Assembly (NCBI GenBank): GCA_016866495.1
Contig: VGMG01000005.1
Span: 40,686 to 104,685, forward strand
Source: Chlamydiota bacterium
GTDB taxonomy: Bacteria; Chlamydiota; Chlamydiia; Chlamydiales; RGXB01
Reading direction: 5' to 3'
DNA length: 64,000 nucleotides
Shown: positions 39,828 through 48,563 of the stretch, in pieces
How positions within the stretch are numbered: position 1 is the first letter of the stretch
Layout of the letters: every line of letters starts with the position of its first letter
The notes under the pieces: generated by a model
The model's input: the letters and a program-made list of their open reading frames with translations, nothing else
Database searches by the model: none
What the model was told of the DNA's origin: nothing
Position numbers and translations under genes: made by a program

Positions 39828-40172
39828 ATGTCACATAAAAAATATAGTCTCAAAGAAAAACGGGCTATGAGAGTGCGTAGCGGAATTAAAGCAGTATCTA
39901 ATAGACCACGTCTATCAGTATTCAAATCCAATAAGCATCTCTACGCTCAATTGATTGATGACACCCAAGGAGTCACACTCGTGGGTCTCTCATCCAGCTC
40001 TTTCGAAGGAGCGACAAAGACAGAAGTCGCAGCAAAATTTGGTGCAGCATTTGCCGCAAAAGTTGCTGAGAAGAAAGTTGAAGAGGTCGTTTTCGATCGT
40101 GGTGCCAGCAAATTTCATGGCCGAGTTAAGGCATTTGCCGACTCTGCTCGTGAGAATGGTTTGAAATTCTAA
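39828..40172 (+). CDS. rplR: 50S ribosomal protein L18
   Basis: RPRLSVFKSNKHLYAQLIDD, VVFDRGASKFHGRVKAFADSARENGLKF. Confidence 0.96.
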   Translation: MSHKKYSLKEKRAMRVRSGIKAVSNRPRLSVFKSNKHLYAQLIDDTQGVTLVGLSSSSFEGATKTEVAAKFGAAFAAKVAEKKVEEVVFDRGASKFHGRVKAFADSARENGLKF

Positions 40173-40189
40173 AGAGTAGAGAGAGAAAC

Positions 40190-40669
40190 ATGTCATTTGA
40201 TAAAAAAGGACAACACAAAGAGACCTCAGATCTACAAGACAAGGTCCTTTTTGTGAACCGCTGCGCAAAAGTTGTTAAAGGTGGTCGCACCTTTAGCTTC
40301 TCCGCTCTTGTGTCAGTAGGTGATGGAAAAGGCCGTCTCGGGATCGGATTTGGTAAGGCATCAGACGTTTCTGATGCAATCCGCAAGGGTACCGAGTCAG
40401 CAATGAAAAATGTTCGTCAGTATCCTATTGGTGAAATTACGATTGAACACGAAGTCCACGGCGCAGCTGACGGGACTGAGGTTTTGATCAAGCCAACAGA
40501 GGATGGAACAGGTATCATTGCTGGATCGTATGTTCGTATCCTTCTGGAGCAACTCGGTGTTAAAAATATTGTTGCTAAGGTTCTAAAAGGGCGTAATCCT
40601 GCAAACATCGTGCGTGCCACGATTGCAGCTTTGGAGCAATTGGAATCCGCAGCTAAGGCAGGTGTCTAA
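40190..40669 (+). CDS. rpsE: 30S ribosomal protein S5
   Basis: VNRCAKVVKGGRTFSFSALVSVGDGKGRLGIGFGKA, GTGIIAG. Confidence 0.96.
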   Translation: MSFDKKGQHKETSDLQDKVLFVNRCAKVVKGGRTFSFSALVSVGDGKGRLGIGFGKASDVSDAIRKGTESAMKNVRQYPIGEITIEHEVHGAADGTEVLIKPTEDGTGIIAGSYVRILLEQLGVKNIVAKVLKGRNPANIVRATIAALEQLESAAKAGV

Positions 40670-41118
40670 TGAACTTATACGAACAATTTGAAGGCTTAAA
40701 CCACAAGCGCAGAATGCGCGTGGGCCGAGGAATCGGTTCGGGAAAGGGTAAGACCTGTGGTCGTGGAGTTAAAGGTGCCGGGTCACGTTCAGGTTATACT
40801 CGTCGTTACGGAGCCGAGGGTGGTCAAGGTGCTTTATTTAAAAAGCTCCCAATCCGCGGATTTTCTAACGCTAAGCACGCAAAACAAGTCCTTATTTTTA
40901 ATTTGGGAAATATCGACACCCTTTTAGGCGAAGAGAAAGTGTTCAATCGCGATCTTTTACGCAAAAGAGGAATAATTCGTGCCATTAACGAACATTTTCT
41001 TATCAAGATTTTAGGAACAGGAGAACTTAAGAGTGCAATTCGCATAGAAGCGAACGCATTTTCACGTTCTGCGTTAGAATTTCTTGAAAAGAATCGGATA
41101 GAGTATAAAATCGTCTAA
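40669..41118 (+). CDS. rplO: 50S ribosomal protein L15
   Basis: RVGRGIGSGKGKTCGRGVKG. TAATG overlap with rpsE, so there is no rpmD between them. Confidence 0.95.
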   Translation: MNLYEQFEGLNHKRRMRVGRGIGSGKGKTCGRGVKGAGSRSGYTRRYGAEGGQGALFKKLPIRGFSNAKHAKQVLIFNLGNIDTLLGEEKVFNRDLLRKRGIIRAINEHFLIKILGTGELKSAIRIEANAFSRSALEFLEKNRIEYKIV

Positions 41119-41141
41119 TCAAAAAATTTAAGCGAAGCCCT

Positions 41142-42500
41142 ATGATATCTGCCTTTAAAAAGATGTTCTCCATACCGCAGCTCAAAGAGAAGCTCATTTT
41201 CACAATTGTGTTATTAGCTCTTTGCCGTGTGGGTGCCTATATAACTGTTCCCGGTGTAAATGCTGAGGAGGTCGTAAGATTATTCAAATTTACTGCCGGA
41301 GGCGGACAAAACCTCTTTCAATTGGTAGATATTTTTTCGGGTGGTGCTTTTGCACAAATGACAGTGATCGCACTAGGTGTAATGCCTTACATCTCTGCCT
41401 CAATCTTGATGCAAATCATGGTTACTTTGATTCCTTCCTTACAACGAGAAATTCGAGAGAACCATGAAGCTGGGAAGCGTAAAATAGGCAAAGCAACGCG
41501 GTTTATTACCCTGTTGCTAGCTGTTGTGCAATCGTCTGTATATGCTTTATATGCTGTAAAGATTAACAACTCAAACCCTGGAATAATCGTTCAAGAACTA
41601 CTGAATTTTGAACTAGCCGGTTACCCATGGCTGTTTATTCTGCTTGTTGTTCTTACAATGACAACCGGTACACTCCTTTTGATGTGGCTTGGCGAAATGA
41701 TCTCTGAAAGAGGAATTGGTAATGGTGTATCACTTATTATCACCTTAGGTATTCTCTCCTCGTTTCCGTCAGTCCTAGGTAATATCATAAGACAGCTAAA
41801 CCTAGATTCTCAAGAATCCGGACAGTTAACTTTCGTCTCTGTTGCGGTGCTTGCCACTTTTTTTGTGGCTGTTCTTGTAGGAACTATCTTACTTGTTCAG
41901 GGTCAAAGGAACATTCCGGTGCAGTACGCCCGTCGCATGGTCGGACGTCAAGAGGTTCAAGGGGGATCTGCCAACATTCCTTTAAAATTGAACTACGCCG
42001 GTGTTGTCCCCGTTATCTTTGCAAATACTTTTTTGATGTCAATAGCCTTTATAGCGCAACTCGTTGGTAAAGAGGGGTTTTTCGACTGGATGGCCGGTCT
42101 TCTTTCCCCAGGCTCTATAAGCTACTTGATTGTTTTATCCTTATTGATTATATTTTTTACCTATTTTTGGACGACTACGCAGTTCCACCCAGAACAAATT
42201 GCCTCCGAGCTTAAAAAGAACGGGGCCTTTATTCCAGGCGTTCGTCAAGGTAAGCCCACCCAGGACTATCTTGAAGAATCGATGAATAAAATTGTTATGG
42301 CTGGCGCTTTTTCCTTGGCCTTAATTGCGATTCTTCCAACCGTGGTAAGTAAACTTTTGTCCGTTGACGCAAATATTAGCAACTTTTTTGGTGGGACCTC
42401 GTTGTTAATCTTGGTAGGTGTCGTATTGGACACTATGAAACAAATTGAATCCCACCTGATCATGAAGCGGTATGACGGCTTCATGTCAAAAGGAAAGTAA
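41142..42500 (+). CDS. secY: Preprotein translocase subunit SecY
   Basis: 452 aa, 10-TM layout with SecY blocks (GVMPYISASILMQ, LLLMWLGEMISERGIGNGVSLII, TSLLILVGVVLDT). Confidence 0.96.
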   Translation: MISAFKKMFSIPQLKEKLIFTIVLLALCRVGAYITVPGVNAEEVVRLFKFTAGGGQNLFQLVDIFSGGAFAQMTVIALGVMPYISASILMQIMVTLIPSLQREIRENHEAGKRKIGKATRFITLLLAVVQSSVYALYAVKINNSNPGIIVQELLNFELAGYPWLFILLVVLTMTTGTLLLMWLGEMISERGIGNGVSLIITLGILSSFPSVLGNIIRQLNLDSQESGQLTFVSVAVLATFFVAVLVGTILLVQGQRNIPVQYARRMVGRQEVQGGSANIPLKLNYAGVVPVIFANTFLMSIAFIAQLVGKEGFFDWMAGLLSPGSISYLIVLSLLIIFFTYFWTTTQFHPEQIASELKKNGAFIPGVRQGKPTQDYLEESMNKIVMAGAFSLALIAILPTVVSKLLSVDANISNFFGGTSLLILVGVVLDTMKQIESHLIMKRYDGFMSKGK

Positions 42501-42532
42501 TAACTTTTTTGAAACTCTAAAAGGTAAAATGT

Positions 42533-42901
42533 ATGCCTCGTATTTTAGGTGTCGACATTCCCGATAACAAGCCCTTACACATCAGCCTTCGTTATATCTA
42601 CGGAATTGGACCCACATTGGCTCTCAAAATTTGTGAAGAACTAAGCTTGGATCCACAAGTGCGTGCTCACTCATTAGGTGAAAACGACCTTTCTCGTATT
42701 AACCAACTTCTCCAATCTCAATATCTTGTAGAAGGGGACTTGAAACGTAAGGTACAAAACGACATCCGCCGACATATTACAATTAAGTCGTATAGAGGTT
42801 CACGTCACAAATTAAATCTCCCTTGTCGAGGACAGCGTACACGCACGAATTCTCGCACAAGAAAGGGAAAACGCAAAACTGTTGCTAACAAGAAGGCATA
42901 G
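42533..42901 (+). CDS. rpsM: 30S ribosomal protein S13
   Basis: MPRILGVDIP, YIYGIG, YRGSRHKLNLPCRGQRTRTNSRTRKG. Confidence 0.96.
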   Translation: MPRILGVDIPDNKPLHISLRYIYGIGPTLALKICEELSLDPQVRAHSLGENDLSRINQLLQSQYLVEGDLKRKVQNDIRRHITIKSYRGSRHKLNLPCRGQRTRTNSRTRKGKRKTVANKKA

Positions 42902-42911
42902 GGGTTGAGCT

Positions 42912-43310
42912 TTGGTTACTGTAGCTAAAAAATCTGGAACAAGCACACGCAAAGAAAAGCGTTCTGTTCCCAATATTATTCTTCACATCAACGCATCCTT
43001 TAACAACACCATTGTTACAGCGACTGACTTGCAGGGTAACACCCTTGCTTGGAGCTCAGCTGCAGCAGCGGGTTTTAAAGGTTCGAAAAAATCTACACCA
43101 TACGCAGCAAGCTGCGCCACTCAAATTGTGATGGAAAAACTTTCTCCGTTTTCGATTCAAGAGGTAGAGGTTCGTCTTAATGGTCCAGGGCCAGGAAGAG
43201 ATTCAGCGGTACGTATTATCGCAAACTACCCAGTATTGATTACCTCGATCGTTGATATTACTCCAATTCCACACAACGGGTGCAGAGCACGTAAAAGAAG
43301 AAGGGTTTAA
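42912..43310 (+). CDS. rpsK: 30S ribosomal protein S11
   Basis: ILHINASFNNTIVTATD, GFKGSKKSTPYAA, DITPIPHNGCRARKRRRV. TTG start. Confidence 0.95.
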   Translation: MVTVAKKSGTSTRKEKRSVPNIILHINASFNNTIVTATDLQGNTLAWSSAAAAGFKGSKKSTPYAASCATQIVMEKLSPFSIQEVEVRLNGPGPGRDSAVRIIANYPVLITSIVDITPIPHNGCRARKRRRV

Positions 43311-43313
43311 TCT

Positions 43314-44480
43314 ATGCAAGTAGTTTATGCGGAGTTTAGACTTCCCAAGCAGATCAAGAGTCAATCCATTGACCACAATAAGTCTGTTTATATCGCAGAA
43401 CCTTTTGAAAAAGGTTTTGGCCATACAGTAGGAAACGCTCTTCGTAGAGTATTGCTCACTTCGATTGAGTCCTATGCAATTGTTGCCCTCAGATTAGAGG
43501 GTGTACCACACGAGTACACTGCTATCGATGGAGTGATTGAGGATATGACCTCAATCATCATCAATTTCAAAGGGGTCCTCCTACGTAAAGTGCCTGTTGA
43601 AGGTCAAGTTTCTCCCAGAGGGATCAAAAGGTACTCATTCCAATTGAATGTTACCAATGAGATGATCCAAGAGGGAAATGGTAATTACACTGTGCAAGTG
43701 AAAGACCTTTTTAACGAGTCTGAATTTGAAGTGATTAATCCTCACCACAAGTTGTTCACTGTAACAAAACCCATGACGCGTACCATCGATTTCAAGATTG
43801 CTCTTGGAAGGGGCTATTGTCCATCTGAGCGTATTCAAATTGCGGATCCTTCTTTCAGTGAAATCGTAATTGATGCAGCTTTTTCACCTGTGCGACACGT
43901 AAACTACTTTATTGAGGGTTGCCGTGTTGGTGGTGAGACAGATCTAGACCGTCTTGTTGTCGAGATTACAACCGACGGCAGAATCACACCTGACGAGGCG
44001 ATGACGCACGCAGTGCAAATTTTATCTTTGCACCTGAACGTCTTTGACCCACTCAAAATGCAACAAATTACATTCGATAATTTGGAGAAGGAAGACTCTT
44101 CAGACCGCGATGCAATAATGTCGAAGCTTGCATTAAAAATATCAGAAATAGAGCTTTCCGTTCGTTCTACAAACTGCCTACACGGAGCAAATATCTCCAC
44201 AATTGCTGAGCTAGTTTCTAAGACGGAACAGGAGATGCTTAAGTTTAGAAACTTCGGTAAAAAGTCTTTGAATGAAATCAAAGCTAAGCTCGAGGAAATG
44301 GGCCTTTCTTTAGGGATGGATCTTACCAAATATGGAATTGATCCTGAGCATGTGAAGGAGTATTTCGGCGGTACAGATCTATCGGATTTTGAAGAAGAAG
44401 ACTACGAAGACGAAGTTTACGAGGATGATTCTCTAACAGAAGAAGAACCTGAGACAGAAGAGGACGAAGATGAGGCATAG
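43314..44480 (+). CDS. rpoA: DNA-directed RNA polymerase alpha subunit with an acidic C-terminal tail
   Basis: GFGHTVGNALRRVLLTSIE (NTD), ELSVRSTNCLHGANISTIAELV (CTD HhH), then an extra 34-aa Asp/Glu-rich tail. Confidence 0.95.
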   Translation: MQVVYAEFRLPKQIKSQSIDHNKSVYIAEPFEKGFGHTVGNALRRVLLTSIESYAIVALRLEGVPHEYTAIDGVIEDMTSIIINFKGVLLRKVPVEGQVSPRGIKRYSFQLNVTNEMIQEGNGNYTVQVKDLFNESEFEVINPHHKLFTVTKPMTRTIDFKIALGRGYCPSERIQIADPSFSEIVIDAAFSPVRHVNYFIEGCRVGGETDLDRLVVEITTDGRITPDEAMTHAVQILSLHLNVFDPLKMQQITFDNLEKEDSSDRDAIMSKLALKISEIELSVRSTNCLHGANISTIAELVSKTEQEMLKFRNFGKKSLNEIKAKLEEMGLSLGMDLTKYGIDPEHVKEYFGGTDLSDFEEEDYEDEVYEDDSLTEEEPETEEDEDEA

Positions 44481-44898
44481 AAAACGTAGCGAAAGACTTG
44501 GCAAAACTTCTTCTCATAGGGAAGCCATGCTTGCTAACATGACCAAAGCTTTGGTTATGAAAGAATCAATCGAAACAACACTTCCAAAGGCTAAGGTTCT
44601 TCGTCGTTACGCCGATAGAGCCATTACCCTCGCGAAAGAGAACACGCTTTCAAGCAGAAGATCTCTAGTTGCAAAACTAAGAGTTCGATTCAACGAGCTT
44701 ACAACAAAAGAGGCCCGTGCAGCTAAAAATGGTGATAAAACCTCTTTCAACGAAGATCGTTTCGTTATTGAAAAGTTGATGAATGTGTTAGGACCCCGTT
44801 TCAAAGAAAGAAATGGTGGATATACACGCATCATAAAGACGGCTAATAGAATTGGTGATGATGCACAAATGTGTGTCATTCAATATCTAGAAGCATAA
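44470..44898 (+). CDS. rplQ: 50S ribosomal protein L17
   Basis: MRHRKRSERLGKTSSHREAML, GGYTRI. Start overlaps the rpoA end by 11 nt. Confidence 0.95.
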   Translation: MRHRKRSERLGKTSSHREAMLANMTKALVMKESIETTLPKAKVLRRYADRAITLAKENTLSSRRSLVAKLRVRFNELTTKEARAAKNGDKTSFNEDRFVIEKLMNVLGPRFKERNGGYTRIIKTANRIGDDAQMCVIQYLEA

Positions 44899-44911
44899 AA
44901 TTCTTTGAATT

Positions 44912-44950
44912 ATTCCCTTATCATTTCTATGATAGGGGAATAATTTATTC
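44912..44950 (+). terminator. Hairpin terminator/attenuator between rplQ and gapA
   Basis: 13-bp stem ATTCCCTTATCAT (44912-44924) / ATGATAGGGGAAT (44929-44941) with one G-U pair, loop TTCT, and an AATTTATTC tail (interrupted T-run). Confidence 0.45.
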
Positions 44951-44965
44951 TGGGAGAAATCAGTT

Positions 44966-45961
44966 GTGACAGTCAAAATCGGAATCAACGGTTTCGGTCG
45001 GATCGGTAAAATAGTATTCAGACAACTCTTTGAACGTCTTAAAGATCGTGACGTCCTTTTTTTTATCAACGACATAGCAACCCCAAACCAAATCCGTTAT
45101 TCGCTTTTGTTTGACACTAACTACGGTCATTTCAAGTATCCGGTTGTATCTCTTGGCGACTCCATTCAGATAGGATCCCATAAGATACCAATCTATAAGG
45201 AGACATCGCCTGAGAATGTACCTTGGGATGTTGATATAGTAATTGAGTCCACGGGACGATTCACTGCGCTTGAAAAGGCTAAAGCCCATCGGGCTAAACA
45301 AAATGTCATTGTTACTGGACCTTCAAAAGATATACCTATGGTAGTTCTAGGGGTAAACGATAGTGTACTTAGCGAAAATCATCGTGAGATTTCTATCGCC
45401 TCGTGCACAACAAATTGCTTAGCACCGCTTGCAAGATCAGTTCATGAGAAGTTTCAAATCGCTGAAGCTTTGATGACAACTGTTCATGCTTCTACTCAGA
45501 GTCAATTATTAGTAGACGGCTATCGTGAAGATTTGCGCGACGGCCGCTCTGCATTTCAAAATATAGTGCCCTCATCAACAGGTGCTGCTAAAGCGGTCGG
45601 TATGGTGTATCCAGCGCTAAAAGGCAAATTGACAGGTATCGCTTTAAGAGTCCCTGTCGCGACCGTTTCGGTCGTTGATTTAACTGTTCGTTTTGAACGC
45701 AAGACCTCATTAGAGCAAATTCTAAACCATCTGCTTGATGAGGAAAACACAAGATTAAAGGGAATACTAGCCGTATCCAAAGAGGAGGGCGTATCTTCCG
45801 ACTTCAAGGGCAATTCCCATTCTTGTATTGTGGATGCCACCTCGTGTGTTCAATTAAACGAATCTTTTTATAAATTAATAGCTTGGTATGACAACGAATG
45901 GGGATACTCATCCCGCGTTTGTGACGTTGTTATGCATAGCTTAGAAAAAATGGATAGATAA
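44966..45961 (+). CDS. gapA: Glyceraldehyde-3-phosphate dehydrogenase
   Basis: (M)TVKIGINGFGRIGK, catalytic ASCTTNCLAP, WYDNEWGYS. A GTG start is required by the conserved N-terminus. Confidence 0.95.
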   Translation: MTVKIGINGFGRIGKIVFRQLFERLKDRDVLFFINDIATPNQIRYSLLFDTNYGHFKYPVVSLGDSIQIGSHKIPIYKETSPENVPWDVDIVIESTGRFTALEKAKAHRAKQNVIVTGPSKDIPMVVLGVNDSVLSENHREISIASCTTNCLAPLARSVHEKFQIAEALMTTVHASTQSQLLVDGYREDLRDGRSAFQNIVPSSTGAAKAVGMVYPALKGKLTGIALRVPVATVSVVDLTVRFERKTSLEQILNHLLDEENTRLKGILAVSKEEGVSSDFKGNSHSCIVDATSCVQLNESFYKLIAWYDNEWGYSSRVCDVVMHSLEKMDR

Positions 45962-45964
45962 TCT

Positions 45965-46747
45965 GTGAACTTTACAAGAGAACCCATTATTGAATCGATA
46001 ATTTCTGCAAGAGACGGATATAAATTATCGATACGTTCTACAAAAATGCAAGAGAATCGTGAGATTCTTGTAGATGCTGTAGAAATAGTATCTTTTGGCA
46101 ACTCCCACTTTTTTCGGTGTCAAGAAAAACCCAAGCCCTTCTTTTTTCCTGTAGGAGACTATGAAGTAAGCGAAGTCAAAGAGACTCGCTTCATCTTAAA
46201 AAATTCTACGCTTGAAAAATCGGTTAAAATTCAAAGCTCAAAGGAGCATTTGCATAAATCTTCTAAAGAAACAATTGATGAAGAGTCCATTGTAGAAGAA
46301 GAGATCGCTGAAGATATTAAAGAAGAAATATCCGAAGAAACACCTGATGTACCTTCCCGTGAGGATAAGAAATCTAAACGTAATAGACGTAAACGTGACC
46401 GACAAAAACAGCAGCGTTTTACGCCAACAGAAGTTACGCAGGAGGAAGTCTCTACTGAAGGTGACAAAGGAGGGGATACCAAGGATGAAGCTCTTGTTTC
46501 ATCTCCTACGAGTATTGCACCCAAATTTATCTCACCACCACCAGCACTCATCATCAGTTCCCTCTCCCATCGCAAAAGCGAGACAGTTCATCAAGAACCT
46601 CTTTTACCCACCTCTCCCTTAGAGATCAATGAGTTGCCTTTGCAAGAGATACAGCTAAACCCGACAGATGAAGTTCATTCTTTATTTAGTCAAAATAACT
46701 CTCAACAAGAGGAAAGTACTTCCCTAGAAACGTCAAAAGACGTATAA
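45965..46747 (+). CDS. Chlamydia-type hypothetical protein, GrgA (CT504)-like by position and composition (tentative)
   Basis: 260 aa, GTG start 3 nt after gapA. It has a compact N-terminal domain, then acidic (EESIVEEEIAEDIKEEISEE), basic (KKSKRNRRKRDRQKQQR) and Ser/Pro/Glu-rich segments. Assignment rests on remembered synteny, not on alignment. Confidence 0.45.
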   Translation: MNFTREPIIESIISARDGYKLSIRSTKMQENREILVDAVEIVSFGNSHFFRCQEKPKPFFFPVGDYEVSEVKETRFILKNSTLEKSVKIQSSKEHLHKSSKETIDEESIVEEEIAEDIKEEISEETPDVPSREDKKSKRNRRKRDRQKQQRFTPTEVTQEEVSTEGDKGGDTKDEALVSSPTSIAPKFISPPPALIISSLSHRKSETVHQEPLLPTSPLEINELPLQEIQLNPTDEVHSLFSQNNSQQEESTSLETSKDV

Positions 46748-46772
46748 TATCTCGAAATTCAATTCCTCTCAT

Positions 46773-46855
46773 GCGCAGGTGGTGGAATGGTAGACACTAG
46801 GGACTTAAAATCCCTTGGCCTTTAGGCCGTGCAGGTTCGACTCCTGTTCTGCGCA
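46773..46855 (+). tRNA. tRNA-Leu (anticodon UAA)
   Basis: Folded by hand. Acceptor GCGCAGG/TCTGCGC (one G-U), anticodon stem AGGGA/TCCCT with loop CTTAAAA (anticodon TAA). Long variable arm (GGCCTTTAGGCC), T-arm GCAGG-TTCGACT-CCTGT, discriminator A. CCA is not encoded. Confidence 0.9.
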
Positions 46856-46856
46856 T

Positions 46857-46892
46857 AAAAAACTCCAGGACATTCTCCTGGAGTTTTTTTTC
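46857..46892 (+). terminator. Rho-independent terminator after tRNA-Leu
   Basis: 9-bp stem ACTCCAGGA (46862-46870) / TCCTGGAGT (46876-46884), loop CATTC, followed by T8. Confidence 0.7.
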
Positions 46893-47121
46893 AATGATTT
46901 TTTTTCTAAAAATACACTCTATTGCTCCCGCTATAGCAGAGAGTCCTTCCCTCTTGGGTTAGACCCTCTAGACCGTTTTAAAATATGTGAGTTTCTTATC
47001 AATTGATGTGAATACAATTAAGCGCTATAGCTAAACTGTTGGGTTCTATTGACCTTTATAGAATGGAAAATTTAAGGTTACTCAAAAACGCAACCACCTT
47101 CTATTCGTTACATATTATGAT

Positions 47122-48270
47122 CTAGCTCAAGAATGAGGCGATTTTCTCAAAGAAACTTTTTTTCTTAGGAAGGTTGGCAGGGCTTTCAATTTGTTGAAAT
47201 TTTCTTAGAAGCTCTTTTTGCTCTTCATTCAGATTGACCGGTACTTCTACCGTTATACGAACAAGGAGACTGCCCTTAGACTTTGAATGGACGTTCATAA
47301 AACCCTCACCTTTTATTTTGAGAATTTTTCCATTCTGTGTCCCTTCCGGTATTGCAAGTTTATAACTGCCATTTAAAAGAGTAGGGATCTCTTTTTTTGT
47401 TCCAAGTGAAGCTTCTACAAAACTAATCGGTAGGTCGAGGTATAGATCGTCCCCCTCCCGAATAAAGACATCGTGAGGTTCCACCTTAATCACAACGTAA
47501 AGGTCGCCATTTGGTCCACCGTGTATCCCCGCATCCCCAAGGCCAGGCATTCTCAGGCGCATCCCGTTGTCTACACCGGCTGGAATGTTGAGCTGTACCT
47601 GCTTTTTAGTTTTTACTTGGCCATGACCATGGCAAGCTGGACAGGGATTTTTGATGATTTCGCACGATCCATTACAGGTTGGACATGTTCCGGACATCGT
47701 GAAGAAACCGCGTGATTGCTGAATGTGCCCGGTTCCCTTACAGGTTGGACAGGTTTGAATATCTGAGGCACTCCTTGCACCAGTCCCATTACAAGTCTCG
47801 CAGTTTTGCGCTACTTGAATGAGTGCAGTTTTTTCCACTCCCTTCGCTGCCTCTTCAAATGAGAGGGTCAAAGAGATTTGTTTACTTGCGCCCTGCTGAG
47901 GGTATTTGCCCCCTTCACCACCTTGAGATTCAAAGCCAAAAAAACTTTCGAAGATGGATCCGCCACGGCCCTGTCCAAACGCATTCATGAAGGTATGCAG
48001 TGCATCTTCCATGCTGGAGCCATACTGTCCTCCAAAGCCACTCTGTCCATTCACAGCGTCAGCTCCAAAACGGTCGTAAGTCTCCCTTTTCTTTTCGTCA
48101 GATAGGACCTCATAAGCACCGGAAATTTCTTGGAATTTCTTCTCGGCATCCTTGTCTCCCTGATTTTTATCAGGGTGATAAGTGACGGCAAGTTTTCTGT
48201 ATGCTTTTTTGATTTCTTCTTGCGTTGCGTTTTTAGCTACGCCTAGAATCTGGTAGTAATCTTTTGACAT
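47122..48270 (-). CDS. dnaJ: Molecular chaperone DnaJ
   Basis: J domain (DYYQILGV...YHPDKN), G/F-rich linker and four CxxCxGxG zinc-finger repeats ([32 protein letters not shown]). Confidence 0.96.
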   Translation of the reverse strand: MSKDYYQILGVAKNATQEEIKKAYRKLAVTYHPDKNQGDKDAEKKFQEISGAYEVLSDEKKRETYDRFGADAVNGQSGFGGQYGSSMEDALHTFMNAFGQGRGGSIFESFFGFESQGGEGGKYPQQGASKQISLTLSFEEAAKGVEKTALIQVAQNCETCNGTGARSASDIQTCPTCKGTGHIQQSRGFFTMSGTCPTCNGSCEIIKNPCPACHGHGQVKTKKQVQLNIPAGVDNGMRLRMPGLGDAGIHGGPNGDLYVVIKVEPHDVFIREGDDLYLDLPISFVEASLGTKKEIPTLLNGSYKLAIPEGTQNGKILKIKGEGFMNVHSKSKGSLLVRITVEVPVNLNEEQKELLRKFQQIESPANLPKKKSFFEKIASFLS

Positions 48271-48282
48271 GCAAAAATCGCG

Positions 48283-48456
48283 TTATGGACGGTGTCTTAG
48301 TGCCGCTTTTTGTTTGATTTTACGTCTTTCAGAGGGTTTCAAGTAGTATCTTCTTGCACGAAGAGTTTTCATAATTCCTTCGCGATCTACTTTTTTCTTC
48401 AAGTGGCGAAGAGATCTATCAACTGTTTCACCCGGACGTAATTTAACTTGAATCAT
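48283..48456 (-). CDS. rpsU: 30S ribosomal protein S21 (57 aa; below the ORF-track cutoff)
   Basis: Hand translation of the minus strand: MIQVKLRPGETVDRSLRHLKKKVDREGIMKTLRARRYYLKPSERRKIKQKAALRHRP. This is the S21 pattern (V.V..GE..D.ALR.LKKK...EGI...R...Y.KPSE.RK). AGGA SD upstream. Ends 12 nt before dnaJ. Confidence 0.88.
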   Translation of the reverse strand: MIQVKLRPGETVDRSLRHLKKKVDREGIMKTLRARRYYLKPSERRKIKQKAALRHRP

Positions 48457-48482
48457 GAATTTTTCCTAATGATTTGGCTCAG

Positions 48483-48512
48483 ATTATAGGGGATTGTCTT
48501 ACGAAAAGTCAA
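48483..48512 (-). promoter_or_regulatory. Near-consensus sigma-70/66-type promoter for rpsU-dnaJ
   Basis: Minus strand reads TTGACT (48512-48507), an 18-nt spacer, then TATAAT (48488-48483), about 27 nt upstream of the rpsU ATG. Confidence 0.5.
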
Positions 48513-48563
48513 CCGTTTTGGCTTATAGATGTTAAAATCTTTGTCTCTAGAGTTTTAAGAGGT

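Noticed and set aside
43904-44329. 141-aa ORF antisense to rpoA, together with similar antisense ORFs across the r-protein genes (e.g. 36100-36414, 37686-38021, 39152-39496)
   Set aside because: All lie opposite highly conserved genes, and none has recognisable motifs. Such ORFs are expected by chance in Lys/Glu/Arg-rich genes.
46815-47006. 63-aa ORF overlapping tRNA-Leu and its terminator
   Set aside because: It starts inside the tRNA and runs through a terminator hairpin. The tRNA fold is unambiguous.
46893-47121. 230-nt non-coding stretch after tRNA-Leu containing two GCTATAGC palindromes, considered as a small RNA or mobile-element remnant
   Set aside because: I could fold no convincing stable structure, promoter/terminator pair or repeat boundary by eye. 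It is left as unexplained spacer at a synteny seam.
48297-48304. TTAGTGCC resembling half of a CIRCE (TTAGCACTC) heat-shock operator upstream of dnaJ
   Set aside because: It is imperfect, has no inverted partner 9 nt away, and lies inside the rpsU coding sequence.
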